Notes under the pieces: model-generated
The model's input: the letters and a program-made list of their open reading frames with translations, nothing else
Databases searched by the model: none
Told to the model about the DNA's origin: nothing
Shown here: piece by piece, positions 1-14,100 of the stretch
How positions within the stretch are numbered: position 1 is the stretch's first letter
How the letters are laid out: every line of letters begins with the position of its first letter
Assembly: GCA_012295275.1 (NCBI GenBank)
Contig: CM022665.1
Coordinates: 14,136,001-14,200,000, forward strand
Direction: 5' to 3'
From: Chrysomallon squamiferum
Taxonomy: Eukaryota; Animalia; Mollusca
DNA length: 64,000 nt
Translations under genes and position numbers: made by a program

Positions 1-2126
1 GTCTCAGTGCGTGACCTTTGCTTTGTTGCTGAGTGAGTGAGCGGTCAGACTAGCTGTCTTTGTTAGTAGGAGGAATGGAAAGACAGGATAGAAGTAGCCC
101 CCAGACGGAAGTGTTTGTCTTGCCAGCTTCATATAAATGAGGTCATTAACTTGTGTTAGTTGTTAAATAGGTGTTGAGTCAACATTGATGGATATTACTG
201 GCTGTTGAATATGCATTAAGTTTGCTGTGGAATATAACAAGGAAGGAGGCCAGTTCAGATCTGTTGTGTTAGGGTTAGATAGATCTAGGCACATGGGTTT
301 GTATTAATAAATAGTATATTGTAACCTGTTTAATTGTTTTAAATTTAACTTATTTAATTTTAAGTGGTAGATGTTTTCAATGTTATTGTTGTTTTAAAGG
401 TTTTGATGTATTCAGTCACAAATTGTGATAATATTTTATATATTTTTATATTAAAATAATTATAATTCTTTTTTTTAAATTTAAAATTAAAATTAAAATA
501 CTTTAAAAACTCACACAAAAAAGCTATTAATAGTAAACAAAGCTGATAAATGGTATTACTCTAACATCACATACTGCATTTATTTATCCACTTAACTGGA
601 TCTGACTTACTTATGAATCAATATACAGTTTATCTGTGAAATGTGTTTATTACAAAATAAAGCATTAAAAATAAAGTAATGAAAAATCACACCACTAAAT
701 TAACAATTTTTTTTTTGTTATACCTATATTTATACACCTTGTAATCTGTATAATTTGCTCTAGAAAAAATATTTGTCACTAACATATTGACTTACTTGAT
801 TTTAATTTTAATGTTGCCATTGTTAGTTAATGTTATTTTTAATTGATTCTTGTTTGATTTTTCTCAGTGTACATATGAGTAGTATGAATAAATAGCTTGA
901 CATTTTATATAGTTCTAAGAAATAGTTTTATCTCTTTGTTAATAATACAGTGCAGTAATAAACATTCTTAGCAGTTTATGAAGGCTGCAGTTCTGTTTTC
1001 ATTTTGCATACTCATACATGTTCTAGAAAAATATTGAAATAAATTGAATATTAATAATGAAAAAAAAACCACCAAAATACACTATTTACTATATTTACAA
1101 CAGACTAATGAGTGTACAGTTTAATTGTTTTATAAACATTGTTTTATGTTTTCTTTCTGGCAATTTTATTACAATACTGACAGGTAATAGAACATCTCAG
1201 ATCTTAATAACCCTGTACAGTTCAGAGATTGTGTGTTTTCCTGCTTGTAAAGCTGATGGTTTGCAGTCTGACAGTGACAGTATTAACATACACACTTCAC
1301 TGTATGTAACAGTAGGGAACTTGAGTTAAACAATGTATCAGAGCAAGTTTCAATGCATAACAAATATATTTAATATATTATATTTTTACTATGCAAAATA
1401 AATTTAAAACAAAAACAATATTTAATAACAGTATTAAAGATATAATAATTATTTACAGTGCATAAATACCTATAAGTTGGAACTTGTAAAAAAAAGAAAG
1501 AAATGGAAACAATTTCCCATTCTGATATCGTCACAGTACTTGGACATTTTTTTAAATTGAAATAGATTGTACAAAGTTGAGGTAAATTCTAAGTTTGTTT
1601 ACTGACTACTATATCATGGAAACTATTATGGTTTTTCTTTTTAAAAAAAAAAGTTAAAAAAAAATTTGTTTGCAGGTTTTGTCAAAGATATACAAAGGAA
1701 AATTGTTTTAATTTAAAACCTTACATTCTTACTTAATTTTTATGGTCCTTGTTCATAGGATATTTAGAATTTAAACCTGTTTACTAACTATAATGTGTAT
1801 TTGGAATATTGTGTTAATAAGATCGAAAAAACAGTTTCAGAGTACTGATGTAACTAAGATATAAATAAGATATAATACATATATCTCTGTGTTAAAAGAT
1901 TAATTCTTGTATGGAGTTAATGAAAAGGAATGATAAAATATATATCTACGGAAAACTGGTTAATGTATTCTTATTTTTAAGGTTGCTGGTATAGCTGATA
2001 AGGGGAGAGAACCATCGTACTATTTTTACCTTTCCTAACAATCTTGTTCCGTAAAGACGTATCACATCAAATTATACCCATGAAATAATTTTTTTTGTTG
2101 TTCATTAGGATTTTGTAACATTTTTC

Positions 2127-2129
<3 letters not shown>

Positions 2130-2179
<50 letters not shown>
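2130..2179. repeat. (CT)n microsatellite
   Basis: About 25 units, ~70 nt upstream of an ARID1 acceptor. Confidence 0.95.
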
Positions 2180-2185
<6 letters not shown>

Positions 2186-2252
2186 TAATAATTTTGTAGA
2201 ATTGACAAATTTAAAATTAATAATGGTAATAAATATTTTGATTGATTTACAG

Positions 2253-3471
2253 GAAACTCGTAGTATAGATGAAAACTCTGATTCAAGAGGAACACCTATA
2301 CCAAGTGGACATCATCCTTTGACATCACTTCGACATATTCCATCACCTTCAGGGTCATCGGGGTCAAGGTCAAACACGCCTGCCTCACTCTCAGGTAGGT
2401 TTTTTGTCTTCTTTTTCCTTTTTTTCTTTTTCAAATGAAACTAAGCCATAGTTTTGACATTTTTCAAGCTATTTTAAAATGTATTCTTTAAATTTAAATT
2501 CAGCTGCAGAATATTTTCAGTTTCAGTTGCATTGTTTCACTGATATTTCTTTGTACAGAAACAATCATTTCCAAATTTTTAAAACTATATCATTTTTACT
2601 TTAGTTTTCTCTGCAGCTTATTATTATTAGTCATTACCATATTGTTACTATCATAACTACTATTATTTCTAGATACCTCTGGATTTAAATAATAAAACAA
2701 ATACTCCTTTTGTTTTCAGTTTTTTTCCCCCTAGTATCCATTTAAATAAAATCTCTGATGTAATTTATTAAAAAATTAAGCTATGTTAAAATTTTATAAT
2801 TCTTTTTAGGTGGTTTATTCATTATGTGTATAAATTATTTATTAATGTAGTCTAGAATTCTTTTGTTGTATCTGTAATCTTTATTCATTTAATATTCTTA
2901 TATCACTTACTTTGATAATTTCTACTTAAGCTGTTAAAAAATAATAATGGAAAGAAAACAAAAATCTACAAACAATGAAAACAATCCTTTAAAAAGTTGT
3001 TTTAAATGTAAAATATTTTAATATTTTCTGTGCACAGTAACTCAAAAAGAACATTGATCATCGCAACTTGTGTATTTACAAGCTTTTATTTAATGCAAAT
3101 TCATAAACTGTTTAAATACCAATAAATTATTAATAAAGCATTTAGGTAGATCGATACTAATTACATTTGTATACTTTCACATTACTCATTCAAACTAAGC
3201 TTCTGTTATTTCATTTTTTGTACTATATAATTTTATCAGATTTGAATCAAAAGGTGTTGAGCAGGATTGTACTTTCATTTTCATTCAAAGTTACACATCA
3301 GAACATGTGTTTCAGCACAGAAGGTTATGATTATTATGACAATGTGGTTTGTGTTAGTTTAAGTGGTATAACAACACTTTGTTCACCTTCATTAGCAGTG
3401 GTATCACCCATATACAGGAAAAATCCTTTCAATATTTATGAAGGAATAAGGAGCTTTCAATTTTTATGCAG

Positions 3472-3502
<31 letters not shown>

Positions 3503-4217
3503 TAGAATTGGAAGTATAATTGTGTCTGTTAACCAGTTTTATTGTTAGTCAAGGTTCTTCATGGCTTGATACAAATGTCATTTCAAGCTTCATTAAATTT
3601 TTTCACTATATGTGCTAATAGTTCATTTACATTTATATCATTTAATGCCACAATAGAAATATATAATGCTTTACTGAAGCTCAATTAAAAGCTGACAGAT
3701 GATTTCTGTCTGGTAGGAAATAATGGTTGGGGGGAATCATTAAATGTGGGGAATTCCCATTTTTTTGACAAATGGATATAACTGTCAGTCTCAGAAATCC
3801 TTTTGTTACATCTTGTAAGTGGAACATAGCCTAACATTTTGGCCTAATCAAATATCAGCTTAAGTTGGCTGTAGTGAAATACTTGACTGCCATGATTGAA
3901 TACAGCTTGGTGTCAGACAGACAGGTCTTAATTGCATCTGTGCCACTATTGGTGGGACACCTGCTGAGAGGCAATAATATTTATTATGTAGAGTGGGCTG
4001 GCTCACTGCCCTTTGGAATGTGATGATCTGCCAATAGCAAGCCTTTCTTTTTTCCCATGCGTCTTGGGTGGAGGTTCATTCACTAACTTGAGGCTCCACA
4101 ATTCAGTGTGTTAATTATGCTTCCAAGTGAAATAACTAACTACTTGACAGAAAGGGATTTCTTGTTTTTTAAAAAAAATTTAAATTAGTAAGAAATATTG
4201 AGAGATAAATGTAGAAA

Positions 4218-4262
<45 letters not shown>

Positions 4263-7200
4263 ATGAATTAAAATTTCACACAAAGGTGACTGAGAAAGCT
4301 GTTACATTAAACACTTAAACAATTACCATTCAAGCTGTTTCCCAGCTGGTTGGAGAAGTAGTGTAACTTCTGCATGTGCACTAGGTAGAGAGCCTCACTC
4401 ACATCAAAGGCCATGATAGGATATCAGACAGATTTACATTTCTGGCAATGTTTTTGTACTGATTGACCCCATGAACAAGTGTTAGACTGACTAATGTATA
4501 TAGACAGAAGGTTAACTTTCTAGTGTTTGTATGATGAGCAGCAGTGTGATTTGTAAAGAGTCTTCTTTTCAAAAGCAATTTCAATAGCTAGGTGTAAAAT
4601 CTCTTCACATTGTATAGTTTATTATTTGACTTTATGTGGCATTTAATGTACCTTGAGACTTCCTTTTTCATTCTTCTTATTGGGCATTCTTCCTTCACTA
4701 ACTACTTTATCACAGGATAATCTTTTTATCCTGAATTTGCTTTCTCAGCGAAACTTTTTAAGAACCTGTAACAAATACCACCAATTTAACCAAATATCAA
4801 TATACAGTTTAAATATCAGAATTATTTCTGATAATGATTATAACCATAACACAATTATGTTGAAAAATTTTACAAAAACATAAAATGTATTTGTATATAA
4901 AAATAAGAAGCAGATAATTTATTAATTCCATATTGTGCACAGTTTATTTTTCATATAATCAATATCATTTTGTGTAATCATTTATAAAATGCCTGGCCTA
5001 AAAATATGTTCAAAATTTCCTTTGTGTTTCTTTAAGCAATCATTAAACAATTTGCAACTTCTGGAACTGCACCTCAAGAGTTGAACTTGATCTGCATTTA
5101 ACTGATAGTAAACTTATTTGCCATTAAATTGTAAAGAAAGACCAGAGGTGATTGGATATACTAATATGCTGTAAATATAATATTTACTTTACCCATATCA
5201 TTGATGTACAGTGCACCAAAGCAATACTGATGTAAACATGCTGGGTTGTAACATGTTTCACTACATTTAATATTAATGTTTGCTGCTGCTGTGAATCTAA
5301 TTCTACTTTGTCCAGCTACAACTCAAAAAACCAAAAGTAAAAAAAAGAAGCAAACATTAACCCCTCCTACAAAACTATTTGTATGGATGACACACAAGTG
5401 AAATGATAGACTGTTTATTCTTTGTATGTTATCAGTACTTGTTTATCATTCTTGATTATTAATATATCAAATTAGATTCTCCTGCACAGGCTATTTCATG
5501 CCAACATTGATATTTATTCCATTATAATACTTGGAATTTCAAAAATATATAACTGGAAAATTAATTTTAAAAACCACAACAAAATATTGAAAAACAGAAA
5601 TAAAATAACCAGAAAACCCCACTAAGTTTGATATAAAACCATAAACAAAACACCCAGAATATGTAATTTACATTTTGTTTTAAAACAGACATCATCTTTC
5701 TTGCTCTCAAGCAGTTAGCAATGGATATTATGGGGTATTCAGTATTACATATAAAAGTATTAATACATTAATAATAATAATAATAATAATAAATAAAGTA
5801 AAATAAAATAAATAAATTAAAAATATAAAATAAAAATAAAATTAAAAATTCCACTTCAGTATCATGTTACAGATAAAGGATCATTTCTGCACAATTTCCC
5901 CACCCCCACCCCCCCCCCTTTCTCTTCTTTTCATCTATTCATCACAGTTGTTTTTCTCAAACTTGATAGCACAGGTGGTTGGTTCAGTGTGATCATTGTA
6001 CTAATCTCTGAACATCTCCTAGCATTCGATTATATTGATTAGTCCATGGCCACAATCTAGACTGACTAAATCTATAAGGAGTATTTGGTTTTCTGTCTTA
6101 CAGACATTATTTATGTTTCTACTTTGCTTGTTTTTGTTTCAAAATTTTATTAAGTCTTCAAATGAAAATAATTAATATTTTAAAATGTAAGAATGTTAGA
6201 TTTCTGAAAATGTTGGTCAGGCTTTATTATTTTTTTTTTTTTCGCTCAGCCAAATGGCACAATTATTGCTGTGTTGTTGACAGCACTTGGTTGCCACGGA
6301 AACAAGCACCTGGTTATTTCCTCTAATACTACCAAGATGATTCCCCACACTTACTGGGGAAAGGTTGTAGACACAGAATAGGATTGAAGGAAAAAATAAT
6401 TCTAAAATATCCTGATTTATTTATATATTGAAACAAATATATAATACAGCCACCTAGTTTAGCTGTGTGTATGTATGTAAATGAAATCTTAACGTTAAAT
6501 AAGTAAATAATAGCAGATTTTTTTATTTTTTTTTTAAACAAATCTGATATTGGTTATGGCAGTTGAAAAACAAGTGAATGGTATAAAGAAATGTTAGAAA
6601 TTAATAATTACTCTAACTGAAAAAGTTAGTTTCATTTTTAGGTTTTATTATTGCAGATTTCTGAAAACATTCATTATATGTATCAGAGAACATTTTAATT
6701 TTGATAATTGATGACCAGTTACACATTATAAAAACAATTTTTGTCTAAAGCCAATAGCTATCATAGATCCTGTGACATAGAATTACAGAGCATATTTTGT
6801 ATGTAAACCAATCAAACGCTTTGGATACTAGTATGGACATGGACAGAATTTTAAAAAGCATAGTTCTGTAGAGGTAGCACCATCTCTATGTAGATGCAAT
6901 ATATATTTAATTCAAGTATTGGAATTTTAAAAAGACTCAAACTCAGCATAGTTAGAAACAAATAGCTATGTGACAATTTAAACTGGTAAACTTGATCAAA
7001 TGAGAAACTTAGCAAGATAGAAAAGATATTATGCATATTAAAAGCAACCCTCAAAAATACATGGATAACAAAATTACATGATTCATTTTATTTACAGGAA
7101 ACCAGGCTGGTAGTCCGATGCCCCCAAGGCCTCCCTCCAGTCAGCTGGATGGGCAGGCAACTCGGATGAGCCAGTCACCCATGGCAGCTCAAGGTATGGG

Positions 7201-10200
7201 CTAAAATGTGATATTATTTAAAATAATATCACGAGCAAATATCATGTATTAGTAAGACCAAAGAATATGCTAAACATAAAATAGAAATTTTCAAATGTTC
7301 AAAGTTTTATGGACGTATATCAATGCATTATTTGCATATATATTATAATGCAATATATTGTGTGATTTACATTAAAACAGCTATAAATCTACTGTGTCTA
7401 AAATAGTGACAAACAAAAAATTAAAAGATTAAAATTGTTTCACATTTGGTAATAACATTTTGTTCATACCAGGTGTGTGTGTGTGTGTGTGTTTAAACTT
7501 TTATGGTTATTGGAATGGTAACCTGAAATCTACAGCTTAAATATATTTTAACACACTTTGTTTAGACCAAACTTTTGTTCTAGTACTATAGTTAGTATGA
7601 AATCGTATCCAAAAGTAATGTTTCAGTTTAAAATGATTTAATGATTGTTCAGAAACGAAGCAAAATGTAAAAGTATTGTTTCCATCTATAGCAATGAAAT
7701 TATAGATATTTTGTGCATGTGCTGAAATAGTAGTAATAACAGATGGATCATGCCCAACTATACGTTCTGTTTGAGGCAGACAATTGAAGGGAAATAACCC
7801 ATGTAAAACTAGTGTTAACAATTTCTCTGAATTGCAACAGTTATTAATAAAAATTATTTGAATTTGTGAAAGTCTTCATATAAATCTATATTATTATTAT
7901 TATTTTAAATTGACTAACTGAGAGGTTATTTGATATAATTTGCTTCAGCAGGTTTTAACCAACAAATGATGCCTCCACCCATGGGACCTAACCATATGGG
8001 GTTAAGTCCTGCTGGAAACAAAATGGGTGGACACATGGGTCACTTCAGTCAGTTTAACAGCCAGTACAACCTTGGAGCAGGTAGGCAACTTCCAGTGAAA
8101 GTATTTCAGTTTTAGACTAGCAGAACATTGTGCTTTGATATATAATGATCTGTTACTGAATCATTCCTGTTGATTTTTCATATTATTACTGTATATAAAG
8201 TTATATATTAATAATGTATATTTAAACAATTAACTAATAAAATGTTTCAGATAAATTCTGACCTTGTGATTTTAATTTTATTTATTTTTTTTAAATTCGA
8301 ATATTTATTTAGTTGATAACTGTAAAATGGTACTGTGAAAATTCACTAAAAGGATACAGCTAAAATCTAAGAAACCAACTTAATGGATTTAAGATTCATT
8401 GGCAGATTTCATTTATCATTTTAAGCATTCATGAAATCTAGTGATTTCTGACACTTTTTCTTCTTTTAATATTTATGATGCCTTATCAGATGTAAATTTA
8501 AATTCCATACAGAAAATATTGAATGTTATTTTTATCATTTTTTTGTTTTCTTGTTCACAAAGAAACTTAATTTATTTTTTTAATCTTACTTTTTTCAGTT
8601 ACAAAATACTTCACCAATTTGCTTGTATGATAACTTAATTTTTTATGTTTCAGCCATTTTTATTTTATTTTATTTTTAGATTAAATTTAAGATAAATGGG
8701 CTGCCAGATATATAAAAATGTTGGATATGTTCAAATTAATGATGAATTTAACAACATCATGCTGTTCAGTTGTTATTTCAGGTTTCTCTTTCAGCCAGAA
8801 TAACAGCATCATACTGTCTTCCTTTTCTTTCCTTTTTAAAATGGACTGGCAATTTTGGCAGCCCATTGTCAAAATAAAACTTTATTTTAAAATTTTAATT
8901 AAAAGGGGTGTATTGTAGCATACAGCATTCTAATCATTTGTTTCAGGTAACTATTCTCGGCAGCAAAATGTACCTGGCATGCCAAATTCATCAAACATGA
9001 CAAACTATCCATCTCAGAATATGTACAATGGACCAAACCCAATGTCACAAATGGGTTCAAATTCAGTTTACAGCAACATGCCTATGGATCGGAATGTGAC
9101 AAATACAAACTATAATAATGCCTATGGACAAAGTGGTATGCCTGTTAACATGAGCCCATTGGGGATGAATAGCCATTATAGTGCCTACAGTAATCACATG
9201 GGTACTGGATCTAGTCCAGGACCACCAGGTCAAGGATCTGGTTCAAGTCCAGGAATGGGATCAAATCTAGATCCAAGTACTCCTTCATCCCCCCAAGGAG
9301 GGATGCCCATGTCTGCAACAGCTAAAGGTGCACAAGCTGCAGCTCAAGCAGCTATGATAGCTGCTGCTAACAGTGCAGGTAGAGCTCAGAGTATCAGGTC
9401 TGTTCCAAATATACCAAGAGAGCCTAGAATGTATGGCATTCAGGGGAATCACTCAGCTAATCAAATGGGCCATATGAATCATATGGGTCCTATGTCCTTT
9501 AGCCCACATTTGAACACCATGCCAAATTCTATGGGACATACGCCAGGTGGGATGTCTCCTAATTCCATGACAAATAGTTCAGGAATGTCTGTGTCTGGGA
9601 TATCTACTAGCAGCAAACGGAAATCTAAAAAGAACAGTAATAATAGTAGTATTTCAAGTGAAAATGTGGTAACATCTTTACCTGCTTCCACTGTACCTAG
9701 TGAAGGACATCAGAACAGCTTGCCAACAAACATGTCAGCTATCAATACATGTAGTAATAGTTCATCTATTATCTCTCATGAAGTCCAAGATTCCTCTTCC
9801 TTAAGTTCCAGTCATCTTCCACATCAGGAACAAGAGACATCTCATTTAGTCAATTCTGATCACTCTTCTGAAAACACATCTGCTCCTATGTCTGATAATC
9901 GTACTGTACAAACACCTGATGTGAATTCAGCACCGACACCAGATAACAAGAGCTCAGAATCAGCAAGTGTGATAAGCAACATGTCAGACTCCAGTGAAGG
10001 CCCTGGGGATGTCATGGTTCCAATCTCAAAATCTTCAAACACAATCGAAGAAAGACCACCTTCAGCAATGACATCCCACTCAGAAGGAAAAATTGATGAA
10101 TCAGAAAATCTTATGCCGACCTCCACTTCCCAGACGTCTGAGAGCAGTCAGGGTAGTCAAGGGAATTGTGAAGTCCAGCCCACTGGAGGTTTCACTTCTA

Positions 10201-11130
10201 TTGAGGTGTCCCAGCCCATTACCACAACTGTAAATAGCACCCTTGGTAAGTTGGTCTTTCCATGGAGACTGCATGAATTAACAAAATGGCTTCATTGCTA
10301 ATATGATTTAAATCAGCCAGGTACATGTGCAGTTGCATGCATTGTGATCATTTTGTTTCGTTTTGAGCTTTTCTTTGCTGCCAAAGTTGCCAATTCTTTT
10401 TTCTGTGTCTTGGTTTTTCTTTCCTGCACTTTTTTTTTTTTTTTTTGATGTATTTTATTTCATACTTGAAAGTTTGATTTGTGATTTTATATATATATAA
10501 TAATTTTGCCTCTCGATGTATTTGCATTTTTAAGTTTATTATATCATGTGTTGTGTTCATTTATAAATGAGTTTATTTCTGGTGCAGCTCATTCTTATTA
10601 TATATTTAATTCATTTAATTTTTTAATTGTAATAATTATTATTATTTGTGTGTGTGTTTTTTATTTTATTTTTTTTAATTACTGTCATTTTTATTTATTT
10701 TATTTAATATTTTTTTTTTTTTTTTTTGTCACCATTCAAAATGTATATTTTATTTAGTTAATTTTAAAACACTTAAAATAATTATTGCCATTAATACAAA
10801 GATAAAAAATATTAATCCTATAAAAGGTGGTTCCCTTCACAATTCATATTATTTGGTATTTTTCAAATACACTTTATCCAATATTTTTGTGCACTAAATT
10901 TTTTTGGCAATTTGAATCAAAGTGATGTTTTGAATGTGAAAGTTTGATAAATTATGAAAAACCTAATTAATAAGACTTAAAACAAAATTATTAAATAATT
11001 GATCTATAGGTTTGTCAACAACAGTAGTGACTCCAAGCATTACAAGCCCTATGACATGTGTATCTGTGACAACAAGCACACAACCACTGACAAACAGCAT
11101 GAAGAATATGTCCCAAATACCACCACAGAT

Positions 11131-11164
<34 letters not shown>

Positions 11165-14100
11165 CAAATGTCCAACATGAATTGTATTCCAATGACATCT
11201 TTTCCAGATGAGCCACCTGAGAAAAAGAAAAAGGTACTTTTAAATTTCAGTTGGAAAGGTTAATAGATTTTAGTAAAATAGACTGCTTTCAGCTTTTATT
11301 GTAGATTCATTTAATTACATTAATATTTTTTACAAAAAACTAAATATTCAGTTAGTTCCAGGTAGCTCTTGTTTTATTTTTAGTGTTTTTGTTCTATAGA
11401 ACCTCACAATAATGGAAATTGTAATTAATACACATCTTTGGAGTAAGGAACTGAAGTACTTGACAACTTCTTTCTTTTTGCCTTTCTGTCTTCATTATTT
11501 TGGATACTGTTTATTTTTAAAGAACATGTTCATTTTACATAATTTAGTTTGAAATAACATTTTCCTTTCATTTTAAGATTTTTTTTAATCTATTTATTTT
11601 TATTTTTTATTTTTATTATATTTTAATTTAAATAAAACTTAGTTATTGTTGATAATTAACTTTTCAGTGCAATACAAATTTTCCTGTGAGTATAGCCTGC
11701 AGCCTTATCATGTTTCATGTTCATCATATAAAATGCAGTCAGTTATTAATGTGCATGTGTTACAGAAAACAAAAACACTGCTTGCTTTATAAAGTTCTAT
11801 TGATGCAGAGAAACTAAAAATTGGTGTGGTTCTGTATTAAATAAAGCAGCTAAAAGTTAGATACATTTATTAATAGACAGATTTTTAATACAGTATTCTG
11901 TTCATCAGAAAAAAATACCATATCAAGAGAGCAGTAGCAATTTCAAAAATATTTTTGTTTGAACAGTGTTCAAAATGAAAAGGATGCTTGTTAGTATCCT
12001 TCAATGCTATCTGATGTCTTACATCAGGATGTGATTGTGAACAACAGAAATGTTTTCAGAAATCTAAATTTGAATCACACTACTTTTTAAGTTGAATACA
12101 CTTTTTGTTTATTCAAATTTTTATGTAAAGTAATACCTTTCTTTGCAACAATATAAAAATCCGAAATCTTTTACTTATTATAAAATACATTTTCAGAAAT
12201 AAAGGATGCATAAAATTTTCATTACCTTTTATCATTTTTTGGATTTTGTTTCTGAATTAAAACGATGAAAATTTCATGTACATTTACCAAAATAATTTTT
12301 TGTCATGTCTTAATTTTAAAGATTACTTGCTACAGCACTTTTCATTTGCTTTTGAAATCGGGAACTTAGCTATCTGAGTCAGTTTGATATTGTCTGTATT
12401 CATATGTTCATTCAGTTGTATTGGTGTATGTTTGTATAAGTGCGTGTCTTGTAAGTTGTGATTGTTGATGAAATGAAAAATTATCCAAGAGTTGCCAGAC
12501 AATGTGGTTGTTTTTCTTTTATCTGTATGTCTGGATGGACTATCTTCTCTGAATTTTTTTTTTTTTTCTGTGTATGAATAAGATATCTTAGAAAACCAGT
12601 TTTATTTCTTATTCCATTTTATTGAGATTAAGAAATAAAAATTATATAAAATATATCCAGTATCCAATATAAGCCTTCCAATTTTTATTATTTTATTAAT
12701 TTATTTTTTTTAAAAAGTATTTTTTGTTTATTTGCATTGTATACTATTTTAGTCCAACTGTTTTTTTTGGGTTGTTTTTTTGTTTCAAGACAATTGTATT
12801 TATAAAATTGCTTCATTATGTAAAAATTGCAATGCAGTCTGCTTCATTACTACTTTTTCTTTTTATATTTTTAAGTTTGCATTATGTTTTTATGACATAC
12901 CCCAAAAGAAAAAAGAAACTTTCTTTTTTTAACTAATTTTTAAAATGCTTCTGTTTCATCTGTTCAATTTTAATTTGTACATAAACATTTTGAAATTATT
13001 TTTGCTTCATAAACCAAAATATTTATATTTATTAATTATTATTATTTTTTTTTTTTCTTCTGTTGAACAATGTTCCAAGAATAAATATTACAGAATATTT
13101 TAGAACTTACAATATAATACTTGTTTATTGTGCTGGGGCATCTGTGCATTTGTAGGAAGGTGACTTTCCTGGTACGAGGGGAGTACCAAATTATTCACCA
13201 GTGATGGATGAGTTTGGCAATAGCGGTAGTCCAAATCCTATGGGAGTCTTTGTAAGTCAGTTATTTTCGGCAGTGGGTAAACTGCCAGGGAAAATGGCAG
13301 ATGTTATCTTTCCCTTGTGCTTGACCCGGTGACTGGGTCATTTATTATTATTTTTTTATTATTATTATTTTTTTTTTTTTGTGGAAATGGTTATTTGTCT
13401 ACCACTTCCATGTGCAACCTCACCAGTTTTATTTTTATTATTATTTGTTTTGGGTTGTAGGTGTTGATTTTTCTACTAATGTTACCTTTTAAGATTTTTC
13501 ACAGAAAGGTATATTTTGATTCACACATTTTATTTTTCTTTATATTTTGTTTTAACAATTCTGCATGGTTTATTTATTTATAATTACATTTTTTATTATT
13601 ATTATTTTTTAATCATTTTAAGAATACTATTCTAAATAAGTTTATAAAATGTCCTATTAAAGGTTATTTGTTAACAGTGTAAAAAACTAAAATTTAAATT
13701 TTTAATATTTTTAACTCAAATGAATACCTGCATTGCATGGTAGACGTACTAACTTTATAACAGCTTTACCTAGTCACTACATACATTGATGTATCCAAAA
13801 CATTAATATTGCTAGTGCTTAATCTTCTTACCAATGAACATTAGTGGTAAAATGGTATAAAAATACATTTTACACTTCCACCAAAATTCATATATATATT
13901 CCATTTCATTCTGATCTTCAGTGTAATTATTTTATAAGTTTCTTAATCCGTGGACTACAGATAAATTGAAAAAAACCCAACAACAAACAAACTTGCCCAT
14001 TGCATCAGCTTTGTTTCATTTACAGTTGTAAAGAAGACAAAAACAAATTAATATACATTGTTAGCTCACTTAACTGTAATATTGAAATAGTCTAAGCATG

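Noticed and set aside
1057-6541. Short hydrophobic ORFs in ARID1 introns
   Set aside because: Typical random F/I/L/Y-rich ORFs of AT-rich intronic DNA, often with non-ATG starts.
11234-11850. Possible ARID-less truncated isoform via read-through stop at 11263 and intronic AATAAA
   Set aside because: AATAAA is very frequent in this AT-rich DNA; not distinguishable from chance without transcripts.
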